Assembly (NCBI GenBank): GCA_049691655.1
Contig: JBAVOB010000061.1
Coordinates: 1 to 44,323 of the forward strand
Source of the DNA: Steroidobacteraceae bacterium
GTDB lineage: Bacteria; Pseudomonadota; Gammaproteobacteria; Steroidobacterales; Steroidobacteraceae
Direction of reading: 5' to 3'
Length of the DNA stretch: 44,323 bases
Shown here one piece after another: positions 8,666-17,600 of the stretch. The notes under the pieces were generated by a model that was not told the DNA's origin, ran no database searches, and saw only the letters and a list, made by a program, of their open reading frames with translations. The translations under genes and the position numbers were made by a program. Positions within the stretch are counted from its first letter, which is position 1. Every line of letters starts with the position of its first letter.

Positions 8666-9088
8666 CTATTCGTTCCAGTGGGCACCTGGCCGATACGATC
8701 CAAAATACCACTGATGGCCTTCGGGATCGCGCACCATGTAGCCGCGGCCTCCATACTCCTCGTCCCTGAGTTCGCGCAGCACGACGGCACCGGCGGCTTT
8801 CGCCCGCGCGAAATGCGCATCGGGATTCTCCACGTGCAAACTCAGCGCGCTGCTGATGGCGGGCAAGCCCCTCGGGCTGGCCCAACCCATCTCCGGTTTC
8901 GCCGAGGCCACCATGATCACGGCTGGGCCGAATGTCAGCTCGGAATGCATCACCGTGTCGCCGGCCCCTGGCACCACGAGGCGCTTCCGGAAACCAAAGG
9001 CCCGGCACAGCCAGTCGATGGCGACCACGGCATCGTCATAGAACAGGCTTGGATACAGGATCGTCGGCGTCGAATCTGGTTTGGTCAC
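8666..9088 (-). CDS. VOC family protein
   Basis: 140 aa with a GTG start. LFYDDAVVAIDWLCRAFGF ... YMVRDPEGHQWYFGSY is a common VOC subfamily signature. Confidence 0.85.
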   Translation of the reverse strand: MTKPDSTPTILYPSLFYDDAVVAIDWLCRAFGFRKRLVVPGAGDTVMHSELTFGPAVIMVASAKPEMGWASPRGLPAISSALSLHVENPDAHFARAKAAGAVVLRELRDEEYGGRGYMVRDPEGHQWYFGSYRPGAHWNE

Positions 9089-9224
9089 AGTGCGCCCTTT
9101 CGCCGCGATCCGCGGGCGCTGTCCTGCGGTGACACCTTGGCCGGCCAGGCAGACAGTTCACACGACGCCTGCAGCCAGCGCCTCAATTCAGCGTCGATCT
9201 GCCGAGGTGCAGCGCGCGTGGTCA

Positions 9225-9590
9225 TCACCCGAGAATCTCGACCTGCTCGGGAACGCTGACCAAGACGATGCACCCGCCCTGCGAACGTACCGCGTGCTTG
9301 TGGTTTGGCGCAGTGAACAGGTAGTCACCGGTGCGTAGGTGGTGCTTGCCGAGCTTGATGTCGCCCTCGAGCACGAAGAGTTCCTCGCCGCCGGGATGAT
9401 TGTGCGCGGGGTACGTCGACCCAGGCTCGAACTTCAGCAGGATCGTCGGAGCGCGCCCGGTCGCCGCGTCAAATCGCAGAATCTTGACGGACACGCCGGT
9501 GACGCCCGGTTCATCCAGCGGGCACCAGTCAAGCTGGCCGCCGCGCACCAGCTGATTCGAGTCAGGCGCGCACTTCGAGGGTATCGTCAT
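9225..9590 (-). CDS. Cupin domain protein (ChrR-like C-terminal cupin)
   Basis: FEPGSTYPAHNHPGGEELFVLEGD ... YLFTAPNHKHAV is the cupin metal motif. I chose the internal ATG at 9590. Confidence 0.8.
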   Translation of the reverse strand: MTIPSKCAPDSNQLVRGGQLDWCPLDEPGVTGVSVKILRFDAATGRAPTILLKFEPGSTYPAHNHPGGEELFVLEGDIKLGKHHLRTGDYLFTAPNHKHAVRSQGGCIVLVSVPEQVEILG

Positions 9591-9734
9591 GACTTGATGC
9601 CTCCGGTCGGGGGATGGGTGCACTGCGCTTGCGGGTCGAAGCAGCCGTCTGTCCTCGTCACGGCTGCCTGACGACCCTCGGCCGCTGACTCGCCCGTCGT
9701 TCCAAATCGTTAGCGCGTCGGCAGTCTTTGTGAC

Positions 9735-10148
9735 TCAGCGGCTTTCCTGCAGCAGGGCGGCCATCTTCTGCTGGACCAGGTTGATCGCCTTCAGCGGCCG
9801 AATCAACACCTTGAACTCGATGATCCTGCCTGCCTCGTTCCAGCGCAGCATGTCGATGCCGTTGACCTGGATGCCGTCGATTTCGACCTGGAATTCCAGC
9901 ACCGCATCGCGCGGGCCGGCAAGCTCGCGGACGTATCGGAATGTTTCGTTGGCGAACACCCGGAGCGCGGCGGCGAGGTATCGGGTCGTCACTCCCTTGC
10001 CGGCCTGGGGCGTATGCACCACCGGTGAGTGGAAGACGACATCGTCGGCGAGCAGGGCGTCCAGATCCTTCGGGTTTCGCGAGCGCACCACCGCGTGCCA
10101 TCCAGCGACGGCGTCAGGCGGTGCCGGATGTGTCGAGTCGGGCATCAC
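9735..10148 (-). CDS. NTF2-like (SnoaL/DUF4440-type) protein
   Basis: 137 aa with LDALLADDVVFHSPVVHTPQAGK ... GIDMLRWNEAGRIIEFKVLIRP. The start overlaps the upstream MDR stop. Confidence 0.8.
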   Translation of the reverse strand: MMPDSTHPAPPDAVAGWHAVVRSRNPKDLDALLADDVVFHSPVVHTPQAGKGVTTRYLAAALRVFANETFRYVRELAGPRDAVLEFQVEIDGIQVNGIDMLRWNEAGRIIEFKVLIRPLKAINLVQQKMAALLQESR

Positions 10149-11158
10149 TGCTTCGAAATCTCTATGACGACCTTGCCCTTCGCGCGACCCGCCGCGAGGT
10201 ACTCAAGCGCTTCGACCGCCCGGTCGAACGGAAACACCCGATCGACGACCGGCTTTACCTTGCCGCTCGCCACGACCTCGGCGACATGACGCAGCTGCCA
10301 CCCATCGGACTCCGTCAGGAAGCGGAAGTACCGTCCGCGCACCGAGAGCGCCCGCAGCTCCATCGGCAATCCCGCCAATCGCATGGCGGCCGATAGCCAA
10401 ATTCCCGCCCCGACCTGTGTCGGGAAGCGCCTGTCGGGCGGCCCGGCGACGCTGACCACTACGCCGCCGCGCTTCAGGACCGAGAACGAATCGCCCGTCA
10501 CCCGGCCGCCCAGGGTGTCGAAAACAATATCGTAGCGCGCAGGCGCGGCGCGATAATCCTCGCGGTCGTAGGCGATTACGACATCGGCGCCGAGGCCGCG
10601 CACCCATTCGGCGTTGCGGCTGCTCGTCGTCGTAGTCACGTGCAGGCCCAGCTCGCGCTTCGCATACTGGATCGCGAAGCACCCGAGGCCGCCGGATCCG
10701 GCGTGGATCAGCACGTATTGGCCGGGCTGCGCGTGTGCACGGTCGACCAGCGCCTGCATGGTCGTTAGGCCTACCAGCGGGAGCGACGCACAGTCGGCCG
10801 CGGACAGGGTGGGCGGCGCCTTCGCGACGTACCTGGCCTCGACGACCGCGTAGTCGGCCAGACTCCCCATTCGCTGGCGCGGTAGCCGGGCGAAGACGCG
10901 CTCGCCGCTCGCCAGGCCGCTGACGCCGGGTCCGCTGGCTTCGATCGTGCCGCAGCAGTCGAAGCCGCACGGCGCCGGCAGCTTGAGCGCCTGCAACCGC
11001 CGCAGCGCGCCGGCAGCCATCTTGTAGTCGATCGGATTGAGGGCGGCGGCCAGAACTTTCACGACCACGTCGCGTTCGGCGGGCACCGGCACGGCAACGT
11101 CCGCGAACCGCAGCGCCGTGCGCGGCGGACCGTACGATTGAATTTGCAGCTGCCGCAC
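10145..11158 (-). CDS. MDR-family NAD(P)H:quinone oxidoreductase / zinc-type alcohol dehydrogenase-like protein
   Basis: 337 aa with the LNPIDYK motif, the Rossmann motif HAGSGGLGCFAIQYAK, and a GKVVI C-terminus. Confidence 0.9.
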   Translation of the reverse strand: MRQLQIQSYGPPRTALRFADVAVPVPAERDVVVKVLAAALNPIDYKMAAGALRRLQALKLPAPCGFDCCGTIEASGPGVSGLASGERVFARLPRQRMGSLADYAVVEARYVAKAPPTLSAADCASLPLVGLTTMQALVDRAHAQPGQYVLIHAGSGGLGCFAIQYAKRELGLHVTTTTSSRNAEWVRGLGADVVIAYDREDYRAAPARYDIVFDTLGGRVTGDSFSVLKRGGVVVSVAGPPDRRFPTQVGAGIWLSAAMRLAGLPMELRALSVRGRYFRFLTESDGWQLRHVAEVVASGKVKPVVDRVFPFDRAVEALEYLAAGRAKGKVVIEISKQ

Positions 11159-11643
11159 TATTTCTCCGTCGCCGATCTTCTGGCCCCCAACCCCGCTACG
11201 CCTGTTCCTGTGGCGCGACGGCGCCGTACTCGCGCAAGGATGAGCGGCATCAGCGCAAACAAGATGAGCATCGCGATGTAGACCGAACCGGACACTGGAT
11301 CGCGGCTCGCCACGTAATCGCCCACGGACTCATTTTGAAGCATCGCTGCCAGCGCGAGCTCGGCGAGGACGAGGAACGCCAGCGCCACCAGTCCGACGAA
11401 CAACCGCACAGGCGTCGTTTCCGGCAGGTCAGACCGGCGCGCGACAATCCTGGCCGCCAGCATGATCGCCACCAGCATGAAAGGCATCTCGAGCAGCTCC
11501 GCGACGCGTACGCCGAGGCGTGGCACGAGAAACGGGATGCGTATCGTGCCGAGGACGAAACCGGTACCGAAGACGAGCGCGAAGTACAGCGCGCCGGCCG
11601 CGAGGCAGCGAATCACCGGCATCGGAGCGGTCGATCGCATCAC
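11158..11643 (-). CDS. Hypothetical membrane protein
   Basis: 161 aa with four hydrophobic segments. Its stop overlaps the downstream MDR start by 1 nt. Confidence 0.6.
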   Translation of the reverse strand: MMRSTAPMPVIRCLAAGALYFALVFGTGFVLGTIRIPFLVPRLGVRVAELLEMPFMLVAIMLAARIVARRSDLPETTPVRLFVGLVALAFLVLAELALAAMLQNESVGDYVASRDPVSGSVYIAMLILFALMPLILARVRRRRATGTGVAGLGARRSATEK

Positions 11644-11682
11644 CGTTCGTCACCCTGGCCAGCGCCGCTTCGAGCCTTGTTG

Positions 11683-12789
11683 TCACTCGACCGTAATGAC
11701 TACTTTGCCTCGGGCGTGCCCCTGCTCCACATACCTGATTGCGTCGGCCGTCTCGCCCAACTTGTAACGCCGGTCGATCACCGGAGTTACTTTCCCGGCC
11801 TGCATGAGATCGTGCAGAACGCTGAGGTCCGCATTGTTGAGATCCGCCATGAAAGGGACGAATTTCTGGCTCACGAACGGTGACATCGCGAGCGTCTTGA
11901 GCAGGCCGCTCAGGGGTCCTATCCAATTGCCATCGTCCGGCCCTCCGCCACCGATCGGGATGTAGATCCCCTTCGGTTTCAGGGCTCGCGTGATGTCTGA
12001 CAACGCACGGTTCCCGACATTGTCGAGAATCACGTCGTAGCGTTGCGCGCCTTTCGCAAAATCCTCCCGCGTGTAATCAATGACGTGATCCGCGCCGATC
12101 GATCGCACCAATTCCAGGTTTCTCGTGCTGCTGACCCCGGTGACCTCTGCGCCGAGTGACTTGGCGATCTGCACGGCGAACGTGCCCACGCCGCCCGAGG
12201 CGCCGTTGATCAGCACTTTCTGCCCCGGCTGAACCTTTCCCTTGTCGCGCATGGCCTGCAACGCGGTGATCCCGGCGATCGGTACGGATGCCGCTTGCTC
12301 AAACGTGACGTTGGTTGGTTTCAGCGCCACGGCTCGATCTTCGCGCACGACGACGTATTCGGCGAAGGCGCCGGTCTTCCCGCCGAACACCTCGTCGCCA
12401 GGCTTGAACCGTTTGATGTTCTTGCCGACCGCTTCGACCGTCCCCGCGTAGTCGACGCCGAGCCGGATCACCTTGGGCCTGCGTAGCCCGCCGTCCAGGC
12501 GCATGATGTAAGGCGTGCCGCGCATGTAATGCCAGTCGAGCGGATTGACGGAGGCCGCGCGGACTCTCACCAGCATCTGGTCGTCCTCCGGTGTCGGGCG
12601 TTCGATCTCCTCGACCTTGAGCACGTCAGCGGTACCATAGTCGCAATGGACGACGGCTTTCATCAGGATTCCGCGAGCGGGAGTGGGGCGACTACAGGTA
12701 TTGTCGGACCGCCAGTAGGCGATGGCGAACACCAACAAGGCGAGCGCAACGACGCCCGCGCTCCACCCAAAGACGCGTTTCAGTCTCAT
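11683..12789 (-). CDS. MDR-family NAD(P)-dependent oxidoreductase with N-terminal transmembrane anchor
   Basis: 368 aa. A hydrophobic N-terminus is followed by VRVRAASVNPLDWH, INGASGGVGTFAVQIAK and HARGKVVITV. AGGAG lies upstream of the ATG. Confidence 0.9.
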   Translation of the reverse strand: MRLKRVFGWSAGVVALALLVFAIAYWRSDNTCSRPTPARGILMKAVVHCDYGTADVLKVEEIERPTPEDDQMLVRVRAASVNPLDWHYMRGTPYIMRLDGGLRRPKVIRLGVDYAGTVEAVGKNIKRFKPGDEVFGGKTGAFAEYVVVREDRAVALKPTNVTFEQAASVPIAGITALQAMRDKGKVQPGQKVLINGASGGVGTFAVQIAKSLGAEVTGVSSTRNLELVRSIGADHVIDYTREDFAKGAQRYDVILDNVGNRALSDITRALKPKGIYIPIGGGGPDDGNWIGPLSGLLKTLAMSPFVSQKFVPFMADLNNADLSVLHDLMQAGKVTPVIDRRYKLGETADAIRYVEQGHARGKVVITVE

Positions 12790-12861
12790 ATGCCTACTCC
12801 TGAATTGACCGGCGCAGCGAGGTGGCCAGGCCAGCGGTCATCATAGCGAGGAGCGCAAGGG

Positions 12862-13221
12862 TCAGTCGAAGTACTTCCACGTGCGGGCGCCATCGAGGTA
12901 CCGCACGCGAATGCCGGCGCACACTTCGGGCTCGAAGTTGCGGGCGTTCACGCCCATCCGGCCGTCCTGCTTCGCCTTGACCGGTTTCCAGTGCATGACG
13001 CATCCGCAGGTGGCGCAACGGACGAACTCGAGATTCCTGTGACCCCAGGAATAGCTCGTGACGGCCCTTCGCCCCGCAGACACCTTGACGTCGCGCGCCT
13101 TGTAATACGCCCAGAGTGCTCCATAGCGACGACAGATCGAGCAGTTGCAACCTGTAAGCTGGCGCGGCTTTCGTGGCAGATCCACGTGCACGGCTCCGCA
13201 ATGGCAGGTTGCGGTGATCAC
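12862..13221 (-). CDS. GFA family protein
   Basis: The Cys pattern typical of the CENP-V/GFA domain is present: CHCGAV ... CNCSICRR ... CATCGC. Confidence 0.85.
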   Translation of the reverse strand: MITATCHCGAVHVDLPRKPRQLTGCNCSICRRYGALWAYYKARDVKVSAGRRAVTSYSWGHRNLEFVRCATCGCVMHWKPVKAKQDGRMGVNARNFEPEVCAGIRVRYLDGARTWKYFD

Positions 13222-13239
13222 GGCACTGATGGTTGATAG

Positions 13240-13647
13240 TTAGCGCCCTGCACTGCGCACTCCCTCGAGGCGCGCCCCGTGCTCGCGCAGCAGGTCCCGG
13301 AGCACCGTGCGGTGACAGCGCGCTTCTTCCTCGCAGTAACAACCGACTGACAAGTTCGTCCCGCGCGAGAGCGCAGCCAGCAGGGCGAGGAGTCGCGATG
13401 CCTCGGGTCGTTTCATCTCAGCTCGGTAGCGTTGCGCGAACGATCGCCAGGACTCTGGGTCGGTGGCGCGCAGCGCCTGCTTGACCAGGGCTTCCGAAGG
13501 CGCAAGTTCCGGCAGCCACACATCGTAGAAACCGCGCGTCGCGAACTCACTCTTTGGTACTCCGCGAGGCGGTCGCCGCACGGTGCCGAGGCGCAGGCCC
13601 TCGCCGCGGATCCTCGGGCTCCCCAGCCGTATCACGCGGATCGACAT
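13240..13647 (-). CDS. DUF488 domain-containing protein
   Basis: RGVPKSEF ... DVWLPELAPSEAL ... LSVGCYCEEEARCHRTVL is the DUF488 signature. Confidence 0.85.
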   Translation of the reverse strand: MSIRVIRLGSPRIRGEGLRLGTVRRPPRGVPKSEFATRGFYDVWLPELAPSEALVKQALRATDPESWRSFAQRYRAEMKRPEASRLLALLAALSRGTNLSVGCYCEEEARCHRTVLRDLLREHGARLEGVRSAGR

Positions 13648-13651
13648 TCGC

Positions 13652-13855
13652 TCAGATCCTGACGAAGTAGGGGATTGCGATCAACAGCACCCCGATCGTC
13701 ACTAACAGGGAAGTATTCGACACGAAATACGGAAAGCCCATCAGGGCCAGGCCGCAGACGAGTGGCACCACGCGCCTCTGCTTCCTGCCGTATATAAAGA
13801 ATCCGAGGCCGATCGAGCCGAACAGCAGTCCCCAGAGCAGCACCGCTTCGTTCAT
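13652..13855 (-). CDS. Small membrane protein (67 aa)
   Basis: The internal ATG gives MNEAVLLWGLLFGSIGLGFFIYGRKQRR..., with two or three hydrophobic helices. It overlaps the upstream gene as ATGA. Confidence 0.6.
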   Translation of the reverse strand: MNEAVLLWGLLFGSIGLGFFIYGRKQRRVVPLVCGLALMGFPYFVSNTSLLVTIGVLLIAIPYFVRI

Positions 13856-14385
13856 CGTTTGACCTCGTACCGGGCGAAGTGCTTCCACTCCCCCGCTCGC
13901 TCGGAGGATTCGAGCAGAAATGACCAGGTGTGCCTGGTCGGATCGAAGCTGAAGGTATCGCGGAACGGACCATCGGCGTACGCGAACTGGAACTGGATCG
14001 TGTTGCCCGTGAGCGTCCCGATTGCATGCGGAATGGAGTACCTGGCACCGAATTTATCGAGCCAATGCACGATGACCTGGCCCGATTCCTTGTCGTAGCC
14101 GATGAAGACGCGCGCTTCGTACTGGGCCGGAACTTTCACGTCCTTCATGTGAAGCTCGGTAAATGCGCTGCCGAGCACAGGTCTGCCTACTAACCGGTAG
14201 GTGACCGGTTTGCCCAGCACGTCGCCGGTCATGACCCAACGGCCGTCGAGACTTGCGAGGAGTGCGGGCCGTGGATCCACCGGGGGAACGGTGGAACCGG
14301 GGTGAGACGCGCAGGCCGCCAGACTGGACATCATGAGGATCGCCGGCGCGAGCTTTCGCCGAAGAGAGTCAGACTTTGTCGCCAT
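13852..14385 (-). CDS. Putative lipoprotein, DUF1579-like
   Basis: The internal ATG gives a signal peptide with a lipobox (MATKSDSLRRKLAPAILMMSSLAAC). The mature part resembles the lipocalin-like DUF1579 style (LDGRWVMTG...). Confidence 0.7.
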   Translation of the reverse strand: MATKSDSLRRKLAPAILMMSSLAACASHPGSTVPPVDPRPALLASLDGRWVMTGDVLGKPVTYRLVGRPVLGSAFTELHMKDVKVPAQYEARVFIGYDKESGQVIVHWLDKFGARYSIPHAIGTLTGNTIQFQFAYADGPFRDTFSFDPTRHTWSFLLESSERAGEWKHFARYEVKR

Positions 14386-14710
14386 CTCGCGGCCCCCAGA
14401 ATACTGCCCAGGTAACAAGGTCCTGAGAGAACTTTTCGAACCGATGTACCTGGTTGGCCGCGACAAAAAGCGCGTCACCCGCTTCGAACGGATGGCGAAC
14501 GCCCTCGACGAGCAGCACGCCACTGCCCTTCAGGACGATGTACAGCTCGTCCTGCTGGTGTGATATCTGGTAGTCCCTGTCGCGCGGCGTAAACAGCTCG
14601 ACGGTCATGCTGCCGTGCCCAAAGCCCAGGGTGTGCCATACGCCCTCGGGCCACTCCTTGGTCGCGGGGAACGGTAGTTTCGCCTGTGCCTCTTTGAGGG
14701 AAATACGCAT
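14369..14710 (-). CDS. Cupin domain protein
   Basis: 113 aa with HQQDELYIVLKGSGVLLVEG ... GDALFVAANQVHRF. Confidence 0.8.
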   Translation of the reverse strand: MRISLKEAQAKLPFPATKEWPEGVWHTLGFGHGSMTVELFTPRDRDYQISHQQDELYIVLKGSGVLLVEGVRHPFEAGDALFVAANQVHRFEKFSQDLVTWAVFWGPRDGDKV

Positions 14711-14746
14711 CTGAAATAACCTAGCGCCGCAGCCTGGCCAGCGGAC

Positions 14747-15024
14747 TCATCGAAGCTTCAGCTCGAGAAACGCTGTTCCCGGGACCGCGTTAAATCTATA
14801 CGGCGCGGTCGGCTTGAATCCCAGCGAGATGTGCAACGAAGCGCCGCTTCCATAGAAGGCAATGTATCGAGCAACAGGCGAGCGTACCCGAGATGCTCGG
14901 CGTCGGCCACGATTGCCCGTGCGAGGAGCCGTCCGACTCCGCGCCCCCGAGCGGCCGGCACGACATGCAGGCGCTTCACTTCGCCGACGCCCCTCAGTGC
15001 CGCATTCGCTCTTTGTTCCGTCAT
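14747..15024 (-). pseudogene. GNAT acetyltransferase remnant (N-terminally truncated and frameshifted)
   Basis: The ORF starts inside the acetyl-CoA motif ([25 protein letters not shown]). After LPSMEAAL the canonical C-terminus ([25 protein letters not shown]) is readable only in the +1 frame, which ends at the TGA at 14747. Confidence 0.7.
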
Positions 15025-15481
15025 GCTACCTCGGGGTGCACCGATCAGGTTCCGTTAACTAACAACCATCGCGCGAATCGAAAGTCCGGGGAGACGGCTC
15101 ACGGCCCTGAGCCATCTTACCCTTGGCTATGTTACGGCCGCTGCGATCGCCGAGCGCGCCGTCGCCCTGCACCCAGGATCCGCGAGCGTGGGGTTCAGCA
15201 GCGGCACCGTGCGGCTGGTGGCCGCAGACCCGTCCTCGCCATCGAGCAGGTCAAGACTGCAGTGCGACCCGACGCCACGGGACCCGACTCACAGCGGAAG
15301 TTCAGCGACCCGAAATCGCTGCCGCATCGCGGCCGCTCAGGAGGCAACCGGGAGTCGAAACGGCCCGCCGGGGGACAAGCAAATCAAATACGGGCGCTGC
15401 TGGAGGCGATTGCGGCTTGTGCGGATACGAATCGTCAGGTTCCGGTGCTTAGACTGCCAAAAGGTCTGGAGGATTTTCATC

Positions 15482-15823
15482 ATGATTACCTGGAAGTTGG
15501 CACTTTCGACGGGCGTCGCCGCCCTGCTTCTGTCGCTCGGCGCCACGTCGCCGGCTGTTGCGCAGGCCGCCAGCGCCGCACCGGCCGAGGATCACGCCGC
15601 TCTGGCACTGTCCTACACTAGAGAGGCGGCGGAGCTCAAACAGAAGTCGGATGAGCATCGCAATCAGGCGAAACTGCATCGCACGACCGTTGGCAAGAGC
15701 GATGCGGCGCATCAATCGATGGCTATCCACTGCAACCGATTGGCTGACAGTCTCGCGGCAGCCGCGAAGGAGAGCGAGAAGCTGGCGGCTCTGCACACGA
15801 AGCTCGCGAACGCGGCGCACTGA
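15482..15823 (+). CDS. Small secreted helical protein, function unknown
   Basis: GGAGG lies 8 nt upstream of the ATG. The signal peptide MITWKLALSTGVAALLLSLGATSPAVAQA is followed by an Ala/Lys/His-rich helical region. Confidence 0.6.
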   Translation: MITWKLALSTGVAALLLSLGATSPAVAQAASAAPAEDHAALALSYTREAAELKQKSDEHRNQAKLHRTTVGKSDAAHQSMAIHCNRLADSLAAAAKESEKLAALHTKLANAAH

Positions 15824-16075
15824 TCCCGGCCTCGCGACCGATAGTCTCGGTCAGGAGCAGGCCTACAGCTCAAGGCGCGCATCGAGCGTCGGTGACCAGT
15901 CAGAATCGCTCCTGAGGGCCTGCGGAATCCCGGCCGCATCCGCGGACGGTGCCGCAACCCCGGACTCGTGCCGCAGAACGCTTGCCAGCGTGACGCCGGT
16001 GCGCGATCCTGAAGTTGGGTGCGGGCAACGCCTCTAGAGTGACTCGCCTTGAAGACTTTTGTCCTGGATCAGCCC

Positions 16076-17248
16076 ATGACCGGGCGCATCGCGTACCGGG
16101 ACCGCAAGCGCTATTTCTGGCTGGCGTCCTTGCTCTACCCACTAGTATCTCTGAGTGGAATCGGCCTATATCTGATCACCGGGAGCGAATGGCTGCTGCT
16201 CGCCCCACTGGCGAGTGTCTATGGTGGCGTGAGCCTCCTGGACTGGCTTCTGGGCGAAGATCGCAGCAATCCGCCAGAAGAACTCGTACCGCAGCTTGAG
16301 GAGGATACTTATTACCGCTGGTTGCCGATCCTGACGGTACCGATGCACTTCATCGTGCTGATCGCCATCGCCGCCTTTGCGGCGACGCAGCCGCTCTCTA
16401 TGCCGGGCGTGCTGGTGCTGGCCCTGACCGCCGGCCTGTACAGCGGGCTGGGTATCAACACGGCGCACGAACTCGGGCACAAGAGGACCGAACTGGAGCG
16501 GCGCATGGCGCGCATCGTCCTGGCGGTACCCGTCTACGGACATTTTTGCGTCGAGCACAACCGCGGCCATCACCGCCACGTGGCGACGCCGATCGATCCG
16601 GCCAGTGCAAGAATGGGCGAGAGCATCTACCGCTTCGCGTGCCGCGAGATCCCGGGCGGGTTTCGCCGCGGCTGGCGGGCCGAACAGGAGCGGCTCGCGC
16701 GCATGGGCAAGCCGGTCTGGAGTGCCGATAACGAAATCCTGCAGTCCTACGCGCTCTCTGCAGCGTTGCAGCTTCTGCTGATCGCGGCCTGCGGCGCGAT
16801 CATGATTCCGTTCCTCGCCATCCACAACTTCTTTGCCTGGTGGCAGCTGACCAGCGCTAACTACGTCGAGCACTACGGCCTGCTGCGGCAGCGGGAAGCC
16901 GACGGCCGGCTCGAGCGCTGCCAGCCGCATCACAGCTGGAATGCCGACTATGTCGTCTCTAACGTGCTGCTCTATCACCTGGAACGCCATTCCGACCACC
17001 ACGCGCACCCGACGCGGCGGTACCAGAGCCTGCGCAGCTTTCCGGGTCTGCCGACGTTGCCCAACGGCTATTTCGGCATGTTCCTGGTCGCCCTGATCCC
17101 GCCCCTTTGGTATCGGCTCATGGACCGGCGGCTGCTCGCCTTGCCCCACATCCGCGGCGATTTCTCACGCATCAATGTCGAACCCGGCTTGCGCGCCCGC
17201 CTCCAGGCCCGCTACGCCGGGACCCTGCCGGCTGACGCGACGGCATAG
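16076..17248 (+). CDS. alkB: Alkane 1-monooxygenase (integral-membrane di-iron hydroxylase)
   Basis: The histidine boxes HELGHK, EHNRGHH and LERHSDHHAHP are present, plus NYVEHYGL. The ORF opens at a TTG at 16049. I chose the ATG at 16076. Confidence 0.92.
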   Translation: MTGRIAYRDRKRYFWLASLLYPLVSLSGIGLYLITGSEWLLLAPLASVYGGVSLLDWLLGEDRSNPPEELVPQLEEDTYYRWLPILTVPMHFIVLIAIAAFAATQPLSMPGVLVLALTAGLYSGLGINTAHELGHKRTELERRMARIVLAVPVYGHFCVEHNRGHHRHVATPIDPASARMGESIYRFACREIPGGFRRGWRAEQERLARMGKPVWSADNEILQSYALSAALQLLLIAACGAIMIPFLAIHNFFAWWQLTSANYVEHYGLLRQREADGRLERCQPHHSWNADYVVSNVLLYHLERHSDHHAHPTRRYQSLRSFPGLPTLPNGYFGMFLVALIPPLWYRLMDRRLLALPHIRGDFSRINVEPGLRARLQARYAGTLPADATA

Positions 17249-17256
17249 GTAGGTCT

Positions 17257-17424
17257 ATGGCCAGGTATGCGTGTCCCGATTGCGGCTACGTCTACGACGA
17301 GGCGCAAGGGGATGCGCACGAGGGTTACCCGCCGGGCACCGCGTTCGCGCAACTGCCGGACGATTTCGTTTGTCCGGACTGCACCGTGCGCGCCAAGGAA
17401 GACTTCCTAAAGCTGGAGACCTGA
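17257..17424 (+). CDS. rubA: Rubredoxin
   Basis: This gene is not in the ORF track because it is 55 aa. My own translation is MARYACPDCGYVYDEAQGDAHEGYPPGTAFAQLPDDFVCPDCTVRAKEDFLKLET, with CxxCG ... CPxC iron ligands. It starts 8 nt after the alkB stop. Confidence 0.9.
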   Translation: MARYACPDCGYVYDEAQGDAHEGYPPGTAFAQLPDDFVCPDCTVRAKEDFLKLET

Positions 17425-17600
17425 GCGTTTCGAGAAGCGTCTGCGCTGCTTAGAGCGCTGACCGCGGCAATGCGGCTCCTGCGCGGGAGCCATCGGCGAA
17501 GCAGAAGAGCTGATCGGGGTGCTCGGAAGCAGTCACTGGCGCAGGCCTGCCTCGGTTCCCTCAGGCGCCGAACTAAACGGATCAGCACCGCTGAAATACG

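Noticed and set aside
9624-9734. A CGCTAAC string after the NTF2 gene stop, plus an 8-bp-stem hairpin (GCAGCCGT ... ACGGCTGC), could be an attC.
   Set aside because: No GTTRRRY core follows, there is no L''/L' pairing around the AAC box, and the first position does not fit RYYYAAC. At most it is a vestige.
17271-17453. A 60-aa ORF is listed in the track downstream of alkB.
   Set aside because: It is an Arg-rich nonsense frame that overlaps the rubredoxin reading frame (17257..17424), which has canonical Cys ligands.
17474-17491. A small hairpin, GGCTCC-tgcgcg-GGAGCC, lies between the convergent rubredoxin and PQQ dehydrogenase genes and could be a bidirectional terminator.
   Set aside because: The stem is only 6 bp and neither side has a U-tract, so it is too weak to call.
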